Part shown: piece by piece, positions 50,211-64,000 of the stretch | Layout: every line of letters begins with the position of its first letter | Position numbering within the stretch: the stretch's first letter is position 1 | Assembly (NCBI GenBank): GCA_964016885.1 | Contig: OZ024746.1 | Span: 10,726,001 to 10,790,000 of the forward strand | Direction: 5' to 3' | DNA from: Eledone cirrhosa | Lineage: Eukaryota | DNA: 64,000 nucleotides | Notes under the pieces: model-generated | The model's input: the letters and a program-made list of their open reading frames with translations, nothing else | Database searches by the model: none | Told to the model about the DNA's origin: nothing | Position numbers and translations under genes: made by a program

Positions 50211-50855
50211 TAAAAAAGACAAAAGAGCTTTTTAAATTTTTGAATTCACAGTTTATTTGAGCCAAACTGCGTTGACCAGTAGTAGAGCTTTATTAATAAT
50301 TATCAAACAAAGTCAGCATTTCTTGCATTATCTATTAAAAATATGTTTTACTCGATAATAAAGGCCGAGACATTGATAACATTGTAGCCATCACTTGATA
50401 TTGGCGGCCTTATGAAAAGCCACTATATTTGGCTGAAACCCAAATCATTTTTCACGAGCAAATATTTTGAACGTTAAACTTTCACCGATCAGCAATTAAT
50501 GTTGTGTTTGTTTCTGCAGTAGTAGTTGTTGTCGTTGTCACTGTCATTCATGTGCTGTGTTTACTATTTTATAATTACCTCCCCACCTGCAAGTAAAGCT
50601 AGCTCACTACGGATTTCAAAGTTGACCCCTAACTCTTCGCCCATTAAAATATTTGATTAAAAGCCAAGAAATGTCGTTGAAAGAAGTTTGCTGGTGGAAC
50701 GAATTAAAATTTCGTCCACCTTTTCCTCCACCCCCCCACCCTCTCTCACACAATCTCTCGGTTTCGTTGAAAGGTCTCAACAAAGGTCTCGATTCTATAT
50801 CATATATATATGATATAGATATCTCTCTCTCTAAATATATATATATATATATATA

Positions 50856-51023
50856 TAGGAAAAGGTTCAAGACCCCGACGGCAGAGCTCAAGCCGTTTCG
50901 ACGAAACGGCTTCAGCTCTGCCGTCGGGGTCTTGAACATTTTCCTATTACCCACACTACTACCCTAAGTATTGAGTACTCTGGTACGTTATGGTCCACCT
51001 GGTTCCTTACCATACATCCTTCG

Positions 51024-51025
<2 letters not shown>
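50856..51025 (+). mobile_element. Family A fold-back remnant
   Basis: Arms 50856-50900 / 50902-50946 plus a 79-bp tail; (TA)n flanks. Confidence 0.78.
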
Positions 51026-51078
<53 letters not shown>

Positions 51079-51084
<6 letters not shown>

Positions 51085-51420
51085 ATTAAATAAATGGAAA
51101 CTATATTTATAAAACCATATCTATTTCATTATATATATTTCAGGGATATCATATTAACAATATGCTATGCCTTCCTCAGACAAAATACAATATAAACAGT
51201 TTTATAGATAAATAGATTTGACATACCGTAACAACATCGACTTGTATTTGAAAAGTTGAATTGGCAGTGAAAAAATTGTACACAGAGAGAAAGAAAGAGA
51301 GAAAAAAGGAAAGAAAGACAGAAAACGAAGAAAAAGAAGAAAAAAAGAAGAAATGCATGGAACAAAATAGAGAGATGGAAAGATAGATAAAGAGAAGAAC
51401 TTCATGTAAAGAAACAGAGA
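51079..51420 (-). mobile_element. Family I remnant without inversion
   Basis: 51079-51260 is near-identical to 27860-28040 and continues into further upstream sequence. Confidence 0.7.
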
Positions 51421-52533
51421 GAGAAATATATATATATATATAGAGAGAGAGGAAATAGAGATAGATATATATATATAGAAAACTAGGTAGTGGGACGTCC
51501 GTTGAGTAAACGTATCAATGATACATTTATTTATTTATTTATTTATTTATTTAGCTCTAGTATTAATGTAAGGGAGATATATGTGGTTAGGATAGAAACC
51601 AGCTGTTATATAGAGAGAAAAATTAAAAATAACCAGACATAGGCGAGGCAAAAAACCCTATGTTTTAATGTGGAGGTATTCGTATGTATAAAAACCAGCC
51701 ACTATATTGTAAATATCAGTATTCCTGAATGAGACATGTATCCATAATGTGTGAAAATGATCTTATGTTTAGTTTTTTAAAAAAAATTCATATGTTTATG
51801 TGATAACTACAAACATCTATGTGAATTTATATGATCAACTCTGCAAACCCTAAGTTCACGGAAAACATTCTCATTGTGCTATAATAATTTAAGTATACAT
51901 ATATGTGTATATATATACACACAAACATATATAGAGTCAATATTACTACTATTCCTGTCTTTACTCTACAAGATTATCTATCAAGCAGAAATAGAGAGCA
52001 GATTTCAATATACTAATAAAAATATATATCAGAAACAAAAAATAACAATAATAATAATAATAAGTAATAATAAAATAGAAAACTAAAAAATATTACGAAA
52101 GAGTATTACATATTAAAAATATTACATATTAAAAATATTAAAAATAAAAATATTAGAAAATACTACAATAATAAAAATAAACCATAAAGATCAACCCTTC
52201 AAAATTAATTGACAATATATTGCCAAGTTCATTATAAGCATCAGAGTCGAAAAACAGATAAAGCCAAAAATTATTTATCAAATCGCATCTAGCAAAAATC
52301 ATTTCAAAAAGTTTAGGATGCCCATTTGGTCTACATGTGTTCTTATATTTAATATAGAAGTTTATCTAGTGTAACGTTTATTCGAAATATTTGGAGCATC
52401 AACTTTTAGGGTAGCTTAATTTTTCATGAAGAATGTTTAAATAAAAATAAAAATAAAAATAAAAAGAATAAAAAGAAGAAATCAAAGATTTATCGGCTAG
52501 TTTCCCACATAATTATAAATCAAACTAAATATA

Positions 52534-52803
52534 CTACATTTTAAATTTAAATTTATATTTAAACGTTGAGTTTAATCTATGTTTGCAGCAACTGAATAAA
52601 TTTGTCCGTAGATTAAGGGAATTTTTAGATTTTAGTATAAAGAATATCTCCTCTGCGCAGAGGTCACATGTCTCAGAGGATGAATTAAAAGGAATCCCTC
52701 TTGAGACTATATTCCAAGCCGCCGAATATCTAACGTTATCTAGCTTAAGTTGCCAGAGTACGCCTGATAGTGCCGTTGAAGATTTCTTGCTTGGATCTGT
52801 GAA
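52534..52803 (-). pseudogene. Penelope-like GIY-YIG endonuclease C-terminal fragment, 5'-truncated at a TA-rich tract
   Basis: STALSGVLWQLK...W.I..R..PFN..SETCDLCAEEIFFIL....LN.R..L.SCCKH matches the typical PLE GIY-YIG tail (CxLC.EE, LN.R, C.H). Confidence 0.75.
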
Positions 52804-52823
52804 AGTATATACACATATATACT

Positions 52824-52861
<38 letters not shown>

Positions 52862-52873
52862 AGTATATATGTG

Positions 52874-53140
52874 TATATATACAAGTATAAAGAAATTGCT
52901 CAAGCGCAGAACTGCTATAAAGATAACTTATAAAATAGGGTTAAGACCCTTAACAGACGGAAAAAGATGTTGCCATTGATCGATATCAGGAATTGAAACC
53001 TATCTGGAATATGGGGTTCAATTCCTTATATCGATCAATGGCAGCATCTTTTCCCGTCTTTTAACGGTCTTCACCCTATTTTATAAACTATCTTTATAGC
53101 ATTTCTGCGTTTAATCGCTTTCTTTATACTTGTATATATA
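52874..53140. repeat. Diverged long hairpin (arms about 128 bp) in TA-rich context
   Basis: 52874-53002 vs 53012-53140, roughly 14 mismatches counted by eye. Confidence 0.8.
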
Positions 53141-53311
53141 AACATATGTTCTCAGCGCGTCAAAAGCCGAAAATCCGGCTTCGTACAGGACTAATATCAA
53201 TAACGACTTACTGTAAAGATTTGAATTCTTAAAGAACACCAACCACTGCTGAAGTCATTCTACTCGTTTTTTAAATATATTTTATTGTAACAAGGAAATT
53301 CCTTTATTTTC

Positions 53312-53383
<72 letters not shown>

Positions 53384-54240
53384 TAAAAAAACAGATTAAA
53401 GTTTAAGCAAAGAATCGCTGCTTTCACCCTTAAGGGCTGCTATTTCAGTTATGCCGTTAATTAGTGTCACTGCGAAACGACAAGTGCCACATTCATTTGT
53501 TACTATGCCATTAGACAATAGAAGTGTCTCAATCTGCAAGCGTGGGACTGCTTTCGTTTTATGAATTACCTCTCTATGATATGCTAGGAGGCTTGAATCG
53601 ATGAAACCTAAGTATTTTTCACTACATTAGAGTGTAGAAAGCAAGAACAAAATAGTTGACCTCTCTGCTTGATTTGCTGTCTTATCGACTCCTACTAACT
53701 GCGAGCTTTAATAAATAACGGCTAATGGACTAGCAAACATGAACAAACCAAAAAGCATTGTTGTCAAATGAAGTTTCACATTTAGGTAATGATGCCATCT
53801 TCAAACATCAGTAAAGCATAAAAATGATATTGTTGTTTTTAAAACGACGTTTGAAAACTAAATTTTAAAACCAATTCAGCGAATACTCTAGTCACGTATA
53901 AAATTGGCTCGAATGTCTGGAAGATATGGCGCATAATCAAATTCTAGGCCACTGGACTGTAATAATTCAGATAAGTCCTTTGCCTTCATCTTGCAGGTCA
54001 ATAGAGATTTTGGAGTTTTGCCAGTGCTGACAAAAATCCTCCGGCATTATATTCGATGCACAATGCTAGTTTAATGGTCGCTTCTATCATGATTTCTCAA
54101 TGTTACGTTGAACACAAAACTGCCTCTTCCTTATATCATTAAACAATCAAAACGATGTATGTATGTATGTATGTATGTATGTATGTATGTATGTATGTAT
54201 GTATGTATGTATGTATGTATGTATGTATGTGTGTATGTAT

Positions 54241-54945
54241 GTAAACCAAAAAAGAGGTATAAGGATTCCTTGAAAGCCTCTTTGAAAGACGCTAACATCT
54301 CTGCTGATACATGGGAAAATGTTGCTGCTGATCGTAATAAATGGAGAAAGACTGTATATGAGGGAAAAGTTGCATTTGAGACATCTCAAATCGCCTACGA
54401 GAAAGTAAAGCAGGATGTGAGGAAGGGAATTGCTGTTGCACTTCCAGACGGCGAAGGTCCTCCTATGGTGCTGACATGGAGCGTCTGTGCGAGACTCTGC
54501 CTAAGCAAAGCTGGACTTGAAAGTCATCTTCGCAGTCATAAAGTAAGACCAGTGGCTGCTGTTGGGGATACTACTCATCATGCTTGCCAAACATGTGGTA
54601 GAGAATGTAAATCAGCTGGAGGGCTCAAACGACATGCAAAAGTACATGAACTCCAACCACAGTCGGCTATTCCCAGTGAATGTTTTGGTTTCCGACTCTG
54701 TGCAAGACATTTTAGATCATTGGCTGGGCTAAAAAGCCACATTCGATCGCAGCGCTGTTAATTGCTATCGCATGTGTGTGTGTATAGATGTTTATGTGTG
54801 TGCGTGTGTGTGTATATATATATATATGTATATTATTATTGTTGTTGTCGTTATTATTATTGTTGTTATTATTATTATTATTGTTATTATTATGTTTTTT
54901 ATTGTCGTGCAATGGCCATACTCGATAACGAGGGGGCAGCCATCA
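54241..54945 (+). mobile_element. 5'-truncated RTE-clade LINE with three C-terminal C2H2-type zinc fingers
   Basis: [12 protein letters not shown]...A.DR..WR RTE tail, then three C..C....S.AGL..H units; 3' end CTCGATAACGAGGGGGCAGCCATCA; (TATG)n flanks. Confidence 0.8.
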
Positions 54946-55378
54946 TGTATGTATGTATGTTTGTATACATGTATGTATGTATATATGTATGTAATGTCAA
55001 ACAAAAAGGCAAGGCGGAAATGTCTGTGATAACCGCTACATGCAAGTCTGAATATGAAGAGCCAGGAAAACTTCAATCAACTGAAACTGTCCTTGAAATT
55101 TCAATACCAAAACTTCCGTTAGGCGTGTTCAAAGGAGGATAAGCAAGCAAGGGAGAGAACTCCTATTATCTGAACTGGTACAAAACTTTTTGACAATTTA
55201 AGACATGCAGTGGGAGTGGAACTTGATCATTTGACAACTCCTAGTCAAACTGGTTAAGTGAATATGCTTAATTGAACACATCTAATAAAATCGAAACATT
55301 TCTGTTGCTTTCAAAAATACACACACAGGCACACACAGACACAGACACACAGACACACAGACACACACAGGTATACAG

Positions 55379-55455
<77 letters not shown>

Positions 55456-56362
55456 TAATAGTAAAAAACTTCTGAGCATATTCTACTCAGCTGGCAAGCC
55501 TAAGAATGATGAATATATATAGAAATAGAGGGAATGTAGTGATACTGATTATGAATGCCAGATATACGTAAATAAAGGGCGGTTAACTCTTAATAGAGTC
55601 GTAGGGGCACCAGCACGATGCACGATATGACTTAGACATCTAAACATGGCCGAACGCATCCTCTCCACCAGATCGGAACTTAGTCAAATTCTTCTAGAGT
55701 AAGAATTAACCACAACACTGAATTGGTGCATTATTTATTGACCTCAGTTTGAATGAGCATATATTGGTTTGATATGAGCTGAGTCGCATATTGAACAGAT
55801 ACTGCAACACACAGGGACTCCAGAAAGGACCACCCAGTGCCAACCAGTGAAACCCACGACAGCTCTGCATCCTCTTAAGTTAACATATACATAGTTACAC
55901 ACCCTCACAATATACACACACTATTGGATGGTCGTTCACTAGGATGAGTTCCTCCTTCCTTTGTCAGGTTTTATTTTTCATCCTGCAGGGTATCCAAAAT
56001 CCTCCTCCTCACCAAACACACTTGGTGGGCTGCTGGTTTAGTCGCCGATGACCCGACCACATGACAGGTTGCACTGGGTTACATGTTACCAATAGCGCTC
56101 AGTAGTGACCTGACAACACGAGGAAGCACCTCATACATGTAATATAGTGAGTTTTACCAATTGAGATTATCCACATAATTTGTAGGGAAAAACTCCTTTT
56201 CGTTGTGTTTAAAATCTAAAAATCATTGACCCAGGACCAACTGTTTGAAATGGAGAATATAGAGAATATTATGAGTGAACTAAAGACACGTTGTATTTCA
56301 TGTCAGATGGATAGCTTTTCGTGGAGCGAACTTTAGATTGAAAAAGAAATTGATTAAGGGGG

Positions 56363-56441
<79 letters not shown>

Positions 56442-56487
56442 AAACGATAGTATCTGCCGTAGAAAATTACAGCTAGCTATTTCATCG

Positions 56488-56937
56488 AGTTAGACAACTA
56501 CCACAGGGTTAGACAACCACCACAGGGTTAGACAACCACCACAGGGTTAGACAACCACCACAGGGTTAGACAACCACCACAAGGTTAGACAACCACCACA
56601 GGCTTAGACAACCACCACAAGGTTAGACAACCACCACAGGGTTAGACAACCACCACAGGGTTAGACAACCACCACAAGGTTAGACAACCACCACAGGCTT
56701 AGACAACCACCACAGGCTTAGACAACCACCACAGGGTTAGACAACCACCACAGGCTTAGACAACCACCACAGGCTTAGACAACCACCACAGGGTTAGACA
56801 ACTACCACAGGGTTAGACAACTACCACAGGGTTAGACAACCACCACAAGGTTAGACAACCACCACAGGCTTAGACAACCACCACAGGCTTAGACAACCAC
56901 CACAAGGTTAGACAACCACCACAAGGTTAGACAACCA
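56488..56937. repeat. 19-bp minisatellite (GGTTAGACAACCACCACAG)n
   Basis: Direct reading, about 23 units. Confidence 0.95.
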
Positions 56938-57095
56938 TCATCCAGCTGACCTTTCATTCCTAAAGAGAAACCTGTGTTGTCAACAGAGGGAGGAGCGGAG
57001 CATCTTGTTAAGTGTTTGCTGAATGTCCTATCAACAACATATATATATCAACAAATATATACATATATATATATACTGTATATATATATATATTT

Positions 57096-57153
<58 letters not shown>

Positions 57154-57294
57154 GTATATATATGATATACGAAGATTGGGCATATCCACGAAGTACGAGC
57201 GAAACTATCGATAGTCGGGACTAAAGAAATGTTGGTAGTTTATATGCATTTTTTCTTCTAACTTATATTTTAGACTTAGCTCCGTTTAATTGAT

Positions 57295-57326
<32 letters not shown>

Positions 57327-58036
57327 CGCGTGCGTGTGCGTGCGTGTGTGTTTGCGCGTGCGCACACGCACATGCGTTGTATTACATACACAACTGTTAT
57401 TTTAGTATTATCGTTTATATCAAGATTTATTTCATAATTTCGTACGTGTCCTTTGCAATTTGTTAGGAATTGCAAAACTTCCTAAATCCATCGTTAACAT
57501 TTCTAGAACTTCATAGGAGGAAGTGATGTGAGCTATAGGCCGTTGCCTATTTATAGTAGGCAGGGCTAGTATGGTTTATGTAGACCTTACCATCAGGTTT
57601 TGGATTTTGACCATTAGATGTTTATGTAATCAATCAATGTATAAAATAAAACGATGGAACATCCATTGATTCTCTCTTAGGGATCACATTCGCCGAATTC
57701 TACTCGATTACAACGGAATACAAGGATGAGCTGAAAGGTTTATAAGCTGACAACGAAGGAGTGATGCTAGCGCTGTGAAATCTTGCATGCATTAATTTCA
57801 ACTTTTCTTTCCAGGGACTATGTTGAAAAATAAACCTCCTTTGTTCACTCCATGAGGGTATATTGGTCATCCTATGAACCATTCAGCCGGCCATCCAATA
57901 TGGCGCTATCAAAACATGAATACGCCATTAACTTTTCCATATATGAACATCAATAAATAATATATTTCTGCCCTCTTCCTGATTGACCACTATTTTCCCT
58001 TTTCCTTTTCACACCTACGGATATTGCTACACCCAC

Positions 58037-58106
<70 letters not shown>

Positions 58107-58189
58107 TTTAAACATATATATATATATATACTGTCATTTCTATAATATGAAGAGGGTGTTTAACTCCAACACACTCTAGTATTTTAATT

Positions 58190-58260
<71 letters not shown>

Positions 58261-58411
58261 GTATATATATATTAGCACGAACATACTATCTTACAGATAC
58301 CGTATATATCTTTTTCCATAATTATATGTATAAAGAGAGATATATTTATGGAAGAGTGATAGTGTCAGAGAGAAAGAGTGACTGAGAGAAAGAGTGACTG
58401 AGAGAGAGAGA

Positions 58412-58509
<98 letters not shown>

Positions 58510-58682
58510 GAGAGTTAGAATGACAGATATGAATAAATAGCCTATAGAAAATAAACAGACAAGCAAAAAAGAAAAGATCATTTCCTCAATACTATCTTAA
58601 TGTTTACGTATTTTGCAAAGAGACATTTTCGAAGGCGATGATGTTGAGATGTTGATACACTTTACCCATATATATATATGGG

Positions 58683-58772
<90 letters not shown>

Positions 58773-59011
58773 CTATATATATATATATTTCTATATATAT
58801 ATATATATAAAATATTAAAAAAATAATGAATAAAACAATGAAACAGTTCCTTATATTAAACAAAAAAAGTTCATTATTTAACGATCGTTTCTAGGATATA
58901 TATGTGGATTTATATATATGTAGATTTATCTACATATATATATATATATATATTTAAACGTAATGAAGACATGAAAAATCGTCCTTTTTATTATGTATAT
59001 ATATATATATA

Positions 59012-59189
59012 TAGGAAAAGGTATGACCCCGACGGCAGAACTCAAGCCGTTTCGACGGAAATAGCCGTCGAAACGGCTTGAACTCTGCCGTCGGAGTCAT
59101 ACTTTTTTTCTATTTCCCACGCTACTACCCTAAGTATTGAGTACTCTGGTGCGTTATGGTCCATCTGGTTCCTTACCACAATTCCTTTG

Positions 59190-59191
<2 letters not shown>
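59012..59191 (+). mobile_element. Family A fold-back remnant
   Basis: Same arms and tail as 50856-51025; (TA)n flanks. Confidence 0.78.
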
Positions 59192-59250
<59 letters not shown>

Positions 59251-59820
59251 CATACACACACACGCACGCACACACACACACACATATATATATATATACA
59301 CACACTCATATATGTATGTATATCTTATTCAATTGATGCTTTCGTAAATCACATTTATTATCTATTTATTACCTAAATTGATCTTATATGTACAAGATGT
59401 ATTATATAACGCAAGCTAGGTAATCCCATATTTTAAGATTATTATCAACATAATCTTTATTTACACCTGGTAAAATGTCTCTCTAAAAATATACATTAAC
59501 GATGTTATGAGAAAACAATGTATTTATTTATCTCTCTACTTCTAACGTCAATTTGTATGTACCTATTTCTATCAACCTATGTATATAGGTTTATTTAATG
59601 AAATCTCTGTCGGACTGTCTGCAACTCTCTCACTCTCCCCCCCGTCTCTCTCTTTCTCTCTCTCTTTATATATATATATATATATTCCTTGTATTTTGAT
59701 CATGCTTTATTTTTATTTTTATCTTTATTTGTTATTTTTTCATTCGCACCGTTTCCTTTCGCTATATGTCTCTCCACCACTCCCCTACACACCTTTTGAA
59801 CTCTGTTCCCACACACTTCT

Positions 59821-59856
59821 CACCTGAGGAAGGGCTTATGCCCGAAACGTCGTCCC
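59821..59856 (+). ncRNA. Minimal hammerhead-like core
   Basis: CTGAGGA-A-GGGC-TTAT-GCCC-GAAA-CGTCG-TC; stem I not paired; followed by AATAAA and (TA)n. Confidence 0.6.
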
Positions 59857-59940
59857 CCACCTACACCCACTCTCCTGAGCGTGAAATTAATAAACATTTA
59901 TTGTACTGCCTCTCTGTTTTGTCCCCGTTCAAATTTTTCC

Positions 59941-59977
<37 letters not shown>

Positions 59978-60078
59978 TGAAATTTCCGTAGAAAACAGAA
60001 AAGGTCATAGAAGTGAAGAGTGCTCTATGTAATTACCAGAGCAAAATTTAATGTATAAAAATCAATACAATATAATTA

Positions 60079-60148
60079 CCTCATTACCAGAGGTTTCCCG
60101 AATGAGGCGAATACGAAAGAAACGTCTTCATTCGTTCGTCAGACGAGG
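60079..60148 (-). ncRNA. Type I hammerhead ribozyme
   Basis: Minus strand CCTCGT-CTGACGA-A-CGAATGA...TCATTCG-G-GAAA-CCTCTGG-TA-ATGAGG. Confidence 0.85.
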
Positions 60149-60472
60149 AAATATAAAACATGGCTAAATACTTGGAAAGTCTCATCAAGAAAAGCAAAAA
60201 AAAAAAAAAAAAAAGCAAAAAAAATTATATATAAATTACATATAAATTATATATAAATTACAAAGGAATTACAATAGCCACATGAAATATATAAAAATCT
60301 TATACACATATATACATACCTACATATATACATACATACGTACGTACATGTGTTTCTTGAATGTAACACATCAGGACTTGTGGAACTCATTTCTTTATGA
60401 AAATAAATCATATATGAAATAAATCATATATGTATATAAGCAGCGATTCTTTGCTTAAACTTTAATCTGTTA

Positions 60473-60557
<85 letters not shown>

Positions 60558-60559
<2 letters not shown>

Positions 60560-61022
60560 TCTGTGTCTTTTATATCGGTAATCTAATTTATTCGGTCCAC
60601 AATGTTGCCATTGACTGACCAACGGTCAAAAATAATACAGATACAATATAGACACAAATACATATATATATAGTTTATCAAAGTTCTTTCGTTGCACATC
60701 TGCAACATCGTCAGTGGTGCTATTGTTTCCTCCCGTTGCATTGTATTTTCTACGCCATCTTTATTTAGTCTGTTTATCCACTGACGATGTTGCAGATGTG
60801 CAACGAAAGAACTTTGATAAACTATATATATGTGTTTGTGTCTATATTGTATCTGTATTTTTGACCGTTGGTCAGTCAATGACAACATTGAGGACCGAAT
60901 AAATTAGATTACCGATATAAAAGACACAGAAGCGAAAAGCGAAAACCAACCAAACAGTGAGTGTGTTCTGTTATTAATTCTGGCAATATTACACAAATAT
61001 GACCCTCCCCAACTATAACAAT
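60558..61022 (+). mobile_element. Family D fold-back remnant with two hammerhead cores (60680-60714 -, 60781-60814 +)
   Basis: Arms 60558-60717 / 60778-60932; tail to 61022 ending ATGACCCTCCCCAACTATAACAAT. Confidence 0.8.
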
Positions 61023-61302
61023 ATATATATATATAAAATGAAGAAAAACGGAGTTAAAGACACGCGTTAATCCCCTGTAATTTAATGAGCTCAAGGGAGA
61101 AGTACCGAGCTCTTCATAATACAGTATATAGAGAAGAAAACACAAAAAGGGTATGTTTTCAATAAGGAGGGGTAGAGAACCACTAGAGTGAAGAACATAA
61201 ATTCTAAGGAAGGTGTGTAAAATACATAATAATTAAAAAGGTATATTAAAATGTATTTAACCACGTTTTTTCATTCGATATTTTGGCTCCAATATGATTA
61301 AT

Positions 61303-61715
61303 AATTGTTTCTGGTTCAGGTATAAAGCCAACAATTTTGGGGGGAGAGGAAAGTCGATTAAATCGACCCCAGTGCATTACTGGTGCTTTATTTATTGACC
61401 CCGTAAGGACGAAAGTCAAAACTAACCTCGGCTGAATTTGGATTCCGAACGTAAAGGGTCGTGATTCTATGCCACGATGCATGGTGAGCGATGCTCTACC
61501 GATACTGCCAATCCACCGTCCAGTATATATATAATAATATATAATAATATATAATTGTTTCTACTTTTGGCACAAGGCCAGCAATTTCCCAGTGTATTAC
61601 TGGTACTTTATTTTATCGACCTCGTAAGGATGAAAGGCAAAGTTAACCTCGGCGGGATTTGAACTCAGAATGACAAAGGCCGTAACTCTATGCGTCAAAG
61701 CATGGCGTCCGACCC
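61303..61715 (-). mobile_element. Two family 1 SINEs (61303-61518; 61553-61715)
   Basis: Match to other family 1 copies. Confidence 0.85.
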
Positions 61716-61993
61716 TTATATAATAAGAATGGATGAGGTGTCAAATTTTCATTAAGTCTTTTCAGGTGTGACGTGCGTTTCATGATTGATCAGCTCAGAG
61801 TCGATCGGGCCCGACTCTGCAATCAAAAGTTCATCAGACGTCTGTTTACTTAATCAGCGTTAAAAAATCATGTCTATTCTCATTAATTCGCAGTGATGGT
61901 CAGTTTTAGGAAAGGACAGGTTGAAAATATTGGTGTTCCAGGTCAATGAAACGTGATATAGCTTCGTTGCAGTAACTGGCCTTAATATATATG

Positions 61994-62091
61994 TACAAAG
62001 GGTGTCGCAAAATACATACTTCAACAGCATTCTGATAAATATTGCCTCTACAGGTAATTAAAGTGTGTATCATTTTTTGGGGACACCCTGT
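61994..62091. mobile_element. Tc1/mariner-type mini-MITE relic
   Basis: TACAAAGGGTGTCGCAAAA ... TTTTGGGGACACCCTGTA. Confidence 0.5.
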
Positions 62092-62193
62092 ACACACACA
62101 CACACACTCACACACAGATACACAGATACACACACACACACTCACACACAGGTACACAGATACACACACACACAGATACACACACACATATAC

Positions 62194-62290
<97 letters not shown>

Positions 62291-62360
62291 AAAGCGAAGT
62301 ATTATTGGTGACGATGAGCTAATTGGGAACGCCTAAACGTGTGTATATATTTTTATATGC

Positions 62361-62435
<75 letters not shown>

Positions 62436-62533
62436 AAAAAGTTATGAAATGAAAGGAGCTGTGTGGCAAAGATGAGGAGAGGGGGAGAGGGGGGGGGAGT
62501 AGGAAAGGAATGGAAGAAAAAAGTGTACAGATC

Positions 62534-63097
<564 letters not shown>

Positions 63098-63130
63098 AGC
63101 ACTCAAACACACACACACACACACTCACTT

Positions 63131-63175
<45 letters not shown>

Positions 63176-63481
63176 GATGGACTCTGGCATCGATTTCACT
63201 GTTTGTATGTACCAGTTGTTCGATCAACGGAACTATCAACTGATTGAATTATCGTAGAATTCATTCTGTATTCCCCTGGCATTTGTTCCCTTAACGCAGT
63301 CTTCGGGCAGATTCACTGAGACAGTGTCACAAGCTTATATGTGTGTGTATCTACAGGTAGTTAGATAGATTGACAAATATATATATATATACAGACATAT
63401 ATATATACATACATATATATATACATACATATATATATACATACATATATATATACATACATATATATATATATACGTATA

Positions 63482-63546
<65 letters not shown>

Positions 63547-63631
63547 CAGGAGGCTGGACTGGTGTAAATCCTTGAAAGGTTTATTATACTATGATCATTT
63601 CAATGACCGGGTTCCATATATATATATATAT

Positions 63632-63828
63632 AAGTTATTCCGGGTTGAATCGAAGGTAACCACAGTAAGTAAGGTACTCAATACATAGCAGAGTATAAAA
63701 GTTTTAATATAGAAGAGCTTCTACAGGACTAGAACTGTTTCATTCGTGAGAAATCATCGGGAAGCGCCTGATGATTTCTCACGAATGAAACAGTTCTAGT
63801 CCTGTAGAAGCTCTTCTATATTAAAACT

Positions 63829-63829
<1 letters not shown>
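63632..63829 (-). mobile_element. Fold-back remnant, family B, with two hammerheads (63717-63765 -, 63766-63811 +)
   Basis: GCTTC-C(C/T)GATGA-TTTCTCACGAAT-GAAA-CAG-TTCTAGTC-CTG-TA-GAAGC; arms 63699-63760 / 63768-63829; (TA)n flanks. Confidence 0.82.
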
Positions 63830-63875
<46 letters not shown>

Positions 63876-64000
63876 GAAGAGAGAGAAAGTGAGCTGCTGA
63901 GATTTATATATTAGTATATTTATGATAGGAAAATATATATGTGATTAATGCAATGCTTTGTTGAAAGTTTGTAGTCTGATACATTTCCATTCATGTCTCG

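Noticed and set aside
56488-56937. Regular short repeats resembling a CRISPR array or telomeric repeat
   Set aside because: No unique spacers, eukaryotic context, and the unit is not TTAGGG; plain minisatellite.

Overview
AT-rich, microsatellite-saturated animal DNA, most likely intergenic or intronic. The SINE repertoire and repeat style suggest an octopus or other cephalopod (inference). No confident host gene was found, and most listed ORFs are translations of simple repeats. Recognisable content: a train of 5'-truncated non-LTR retrotransposons (one Tx1/L1-type, three R4/Dong-type) in a (TAA)n tract at 4-8 kb, RTE-type LINE relics, many tRNA-derived SINEs, MITEs and several minisatellites including a 3.3-kb 15-mer array. 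The main signal is about a dozen sequence-distinct families of short elements sitting in (TA)n tracts. Many are fold-back (inverted) structures with an asymmetric tail, and most carry a minimal type I hammerhead ribozyme (CUGANGA...GAAA-short or palindromic stem III-UH) that I could fold by eye. One family is an ORF-less 541-bp monomer with terminal redundancy, circular permutation and compensatory stem changes (retrozyme-like). Penelope-like RT and GIY-YIG fragments lie nearby. All calls come from manual reading; coordinates are approximate to a few bases and no database search was run.
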